64,000 bases of DNA from Microthyrium microscopicum (Eukaryota), in assembly GCA_010405405.1 (NCBI GenBank), contig MU004231.1:2908401-2972400 (forward strand). Direction: 5' to 3'. A program made the translations under genes and the position numbers. A model generated the notes under the pieces. The model saw nothing but the letters and a program-made list of their open reading frames with translations. It made no database searches and was not told the origin of the DNA. How positions within the stretch are numbered: the first letter of the stretch is position 1; every line of letters starts with the position of its first letter. Below, in pieces: positions 61,670 to 64,000 of this stretch.

Positions 61670-62101
61670 AGGCCTTGGCTATATGTTGGGTAGACTAGTT
61701 GTTTAGTGTGATGCTATTCTTGGTAGAGATATCTAGACAACCACGATTAAGAGCAGTTATGACCTTGGTCCAACGTCGACTGGCTTCCATGATCTCAAAT
61801 ATGGTATTGCGAAAGAAAAATCAGGACTCCGCTGGTATTGGTCCTCATTCGGGGTACTGACAGGACTTGCAATGGCTCAGTCGTTTACAAGAGTTTGCAG
61901 TCTTTTACAAGATTTTGAACAAGGACCAGAAGAAATAAATGTTCACGAATGGGACACTGGAGATAGGAAAAAGTTTTGGTCATGTCATTATGTTCATTAT
62001 GTTCAGTCTACTAACATTGGGTCTCTCATGGCCCTGAGACAAGCAAAGCCCGCAAGCTTTTGCAGTCGGCACAGTCGTACTGCTAATAGAAACTTCGTGA
62101 C

Positions 62102-62656
62102 CTATCCCTTGAATGGAAGAGCGACCTTTCCGTCGATCTCCTTCACGTCTTCCTTGCCCTCGAGGAAGGCCTGGAGTTCCGCCTGGGTAGAGTTCGAGTT
62201 GATGGCACCGGGCTCTCCGCGCTTGCGACCATCGTTGCGGCAACAGGCGACGACCTTGTGTCCGTAGCAAGAGCCGGAGTTGGGATCCGAGCGGCAGGCG
62301 TAGTTGTTGCCGTTTTGGTCAATGTAGTTGGTGAAGTGAATCTGGCCTGGGTTAGTGTTCTCCGGATCCATGAGCTCACTGTTCCTTACGTTCGGTCCGG
62401 GAGAGCAGCGCAAGTGACTGTCGTGGCAGATGGCAGAGCTGGGTGAGTGAGGGTACTGGACGGTAGAGTAGGCGACGCGGCAGTCTGGTGCGGTGTTGTA
62501 GACTTCATAGCGCAAGGTCTGGTCGTCAGTGAATTGAAACTCATTAGGATTCATGTTGATGGGCTCAGAGATTCCGTAGTTGAAGCCAGGGCAGATGCCG
62601 GCAGAGGCAACAGCGGCGAGGCCGGTGATGGTGGTTAGTGCAGTGATGAAATGCAT
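62102..62656 (-). CDS. Small secreted cysteine-rich protein (184 aa, 8 Cys), intronless
   Basis: Signal peptide MHFITALTTITGLAAVASA. The 8 Cys end in CCRND, followed by GRKR and a C-terminal extension. Confidence 0.8.
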   Translation of the reverse strand: MHFITALTTITGLAAVASAGICPGFNYGISEPINMNPNEFQFTDDQTLRYEVYNTAPDCRVAYSTVQYPHSPSSAICHDSHLRCSPGPNVRNSELMDPENTNPGQIHFTNYIDQNGNNYACRSDPNSGSCYGHKVVACCRNDGRKRGEPGAINSNSTQAELQAFLEGKEDVKEIDGKVALPFKG

Positions 62657-62792
62657 GTTGAGAGAGTTGAGTTGAAGTTTTTGGTTTGGTATGTGGAGTG
62701 TGAAAAGTAAAAGTTCAGTATGGAGTTTGGACTTGGACTTGAGAGTGGTTTGGAGAAGAGTTGCAGAAAAAGAAGAATCGAGGATGGATGGA

Positions 62793-62891
62793 GAGGCTTT
62801 ATAGTGCTCACTGTGGGGATGTTGATGGCAGCGACTTCCTTCGAGGCTTTATAGCACTCAGTGTGGGATGTTGATGGCAGTGACTTCCTTC
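62793..62891. repeat. ~50-bp tandem duplication upstream of the secreted protein, each unit containing a minus-strand TATAAA
   Basis: GAGGCTTTATAGTGCTCACTGTGGGGATGTTGATGGCAGCGACTTCCTTC is followed by a near-identical GAGGCTTTATAGCACTCAGTGTGGGATGTTGATGGCAGTGACTTCCTTC. Confidence 0.85.
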
Positions 62892-64000
62892 ACTCTTGGG
62901 ACCGTCACTGGGAAAACTAGCAGGTACAAGTGAATAGAGTCTCAGCGTGATGGTTGGTGCCCCAAGATAGGTAGAATTTTGACAGCAGCTTGTCCCCATT
63001 TGGGTACAAGCGTCTGCACCTGACTATATCAACTAGGCTACTGACAAAATAAGAACTCGCGATCCATGGTTGATCTAAAATTTCGCTACAGCATGGTCGA
63101 GTTTATGCTCCTTCCAAGGTTGTCACTAGTTGAGGAGGACTTGATTATCTGGGGACTTCAATAGCAGTAGAAGGAACCTGTCTTAGCGCTGAGCATAAGT
63201 TCAGTATCAACCCGCACCTTCTAACTTTGAACGGTACCTCATCACGCGCACTAGTTGTCATCACCAGTCCACCGCAACATAAAGCAGCATCTACCGACAT
63301 CAGGTAGCTCCAGAGATCATGGATACCGCAAGGGCCATAAAATCACAACAACGGAAAGCCTGCGTTAGAGCCCAAGCAATTTGACGATAATTTTGACATG
63401 GGCAATTTTGTTCCAATAGCTGAAGCTCGAGTCATATCTCTGAAGTTGCAGACCATGCTCTTTGGAATTCCATATCCCAAGCACTAAATGCTAGTAGCAA
63501 TAACCTTTAAAAATTACTTTAGAGTATGTAGAGTTGGACGTCGCAAGTCTGCCTGAACAGCTCGTCACTGCATCATATAATCAAAATAGTTTTGTAAAAT
63601 ATACCTTCTTGTCGACTGTTCAATTCTTTCCAGTAGCAGTCAGGCTCTATAGTTATTTAGGTCTACTAAATCTTGAAATGCTGAAATTATTCCAAATTAT
63701 GCGTTGCAGAGCTGAACCATTTACATTAGCCAGACAAGCAACACCTCCAGCCTGATGGCAACAATACCACTATTCCAAGAGCAACCGTAAGCGATCTGGA
63801 CAACTTTCAGGGTTTCAAAATAGTGAAAACTATTTCTAGTGACCATTTTTCTTCTAATCAATGATGGAAGTTTTAAAAGAAAATAGTTTGACTGATGTAC
63901 ATGTTCAAGTGCGGTTGGATTCTTGAAGTAAACCGTGGTTGCGCAATAGAATATTGCGCTAAGCTGGATATGGCAGGCATAGCAATCGTACATCAAGGAT

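Overview
Gene-dense window from a filamentous ascomycete (short GT-AG introns, RIP-mutated repeats). It holds 18 protein-coding genes, one tRNA-Arg(UCG) and a ~12 kb AT-rich RIP island. The island resolves into a hAT transposon (8-bp TSD) carrying a nested Fot1/pogo element (TA TSD) and a nested chromodomain Ty3/gypsy element (162-bp LTRs, 5-bp TSD). The most notable signal is a TPP riboswitch aptamer in the unusually long first intron of an APC-family permease. It comes with an alternative 5' splice site, an in-frame stop and a sequence that can pair with the aptamer's P4/P5 and mask that splice site, suggesting a thiamine-regulated splicing switch on a probable Thi9-like transporter. Also notable are two copies of a ~213-bp non-autonomous element with CAA...TTG termini and 5-bp TSDs, and a tandem ankyrin-repeat + HET-domain gene pair beside the TE island. 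All calls come from manual reading; no database searches were run.
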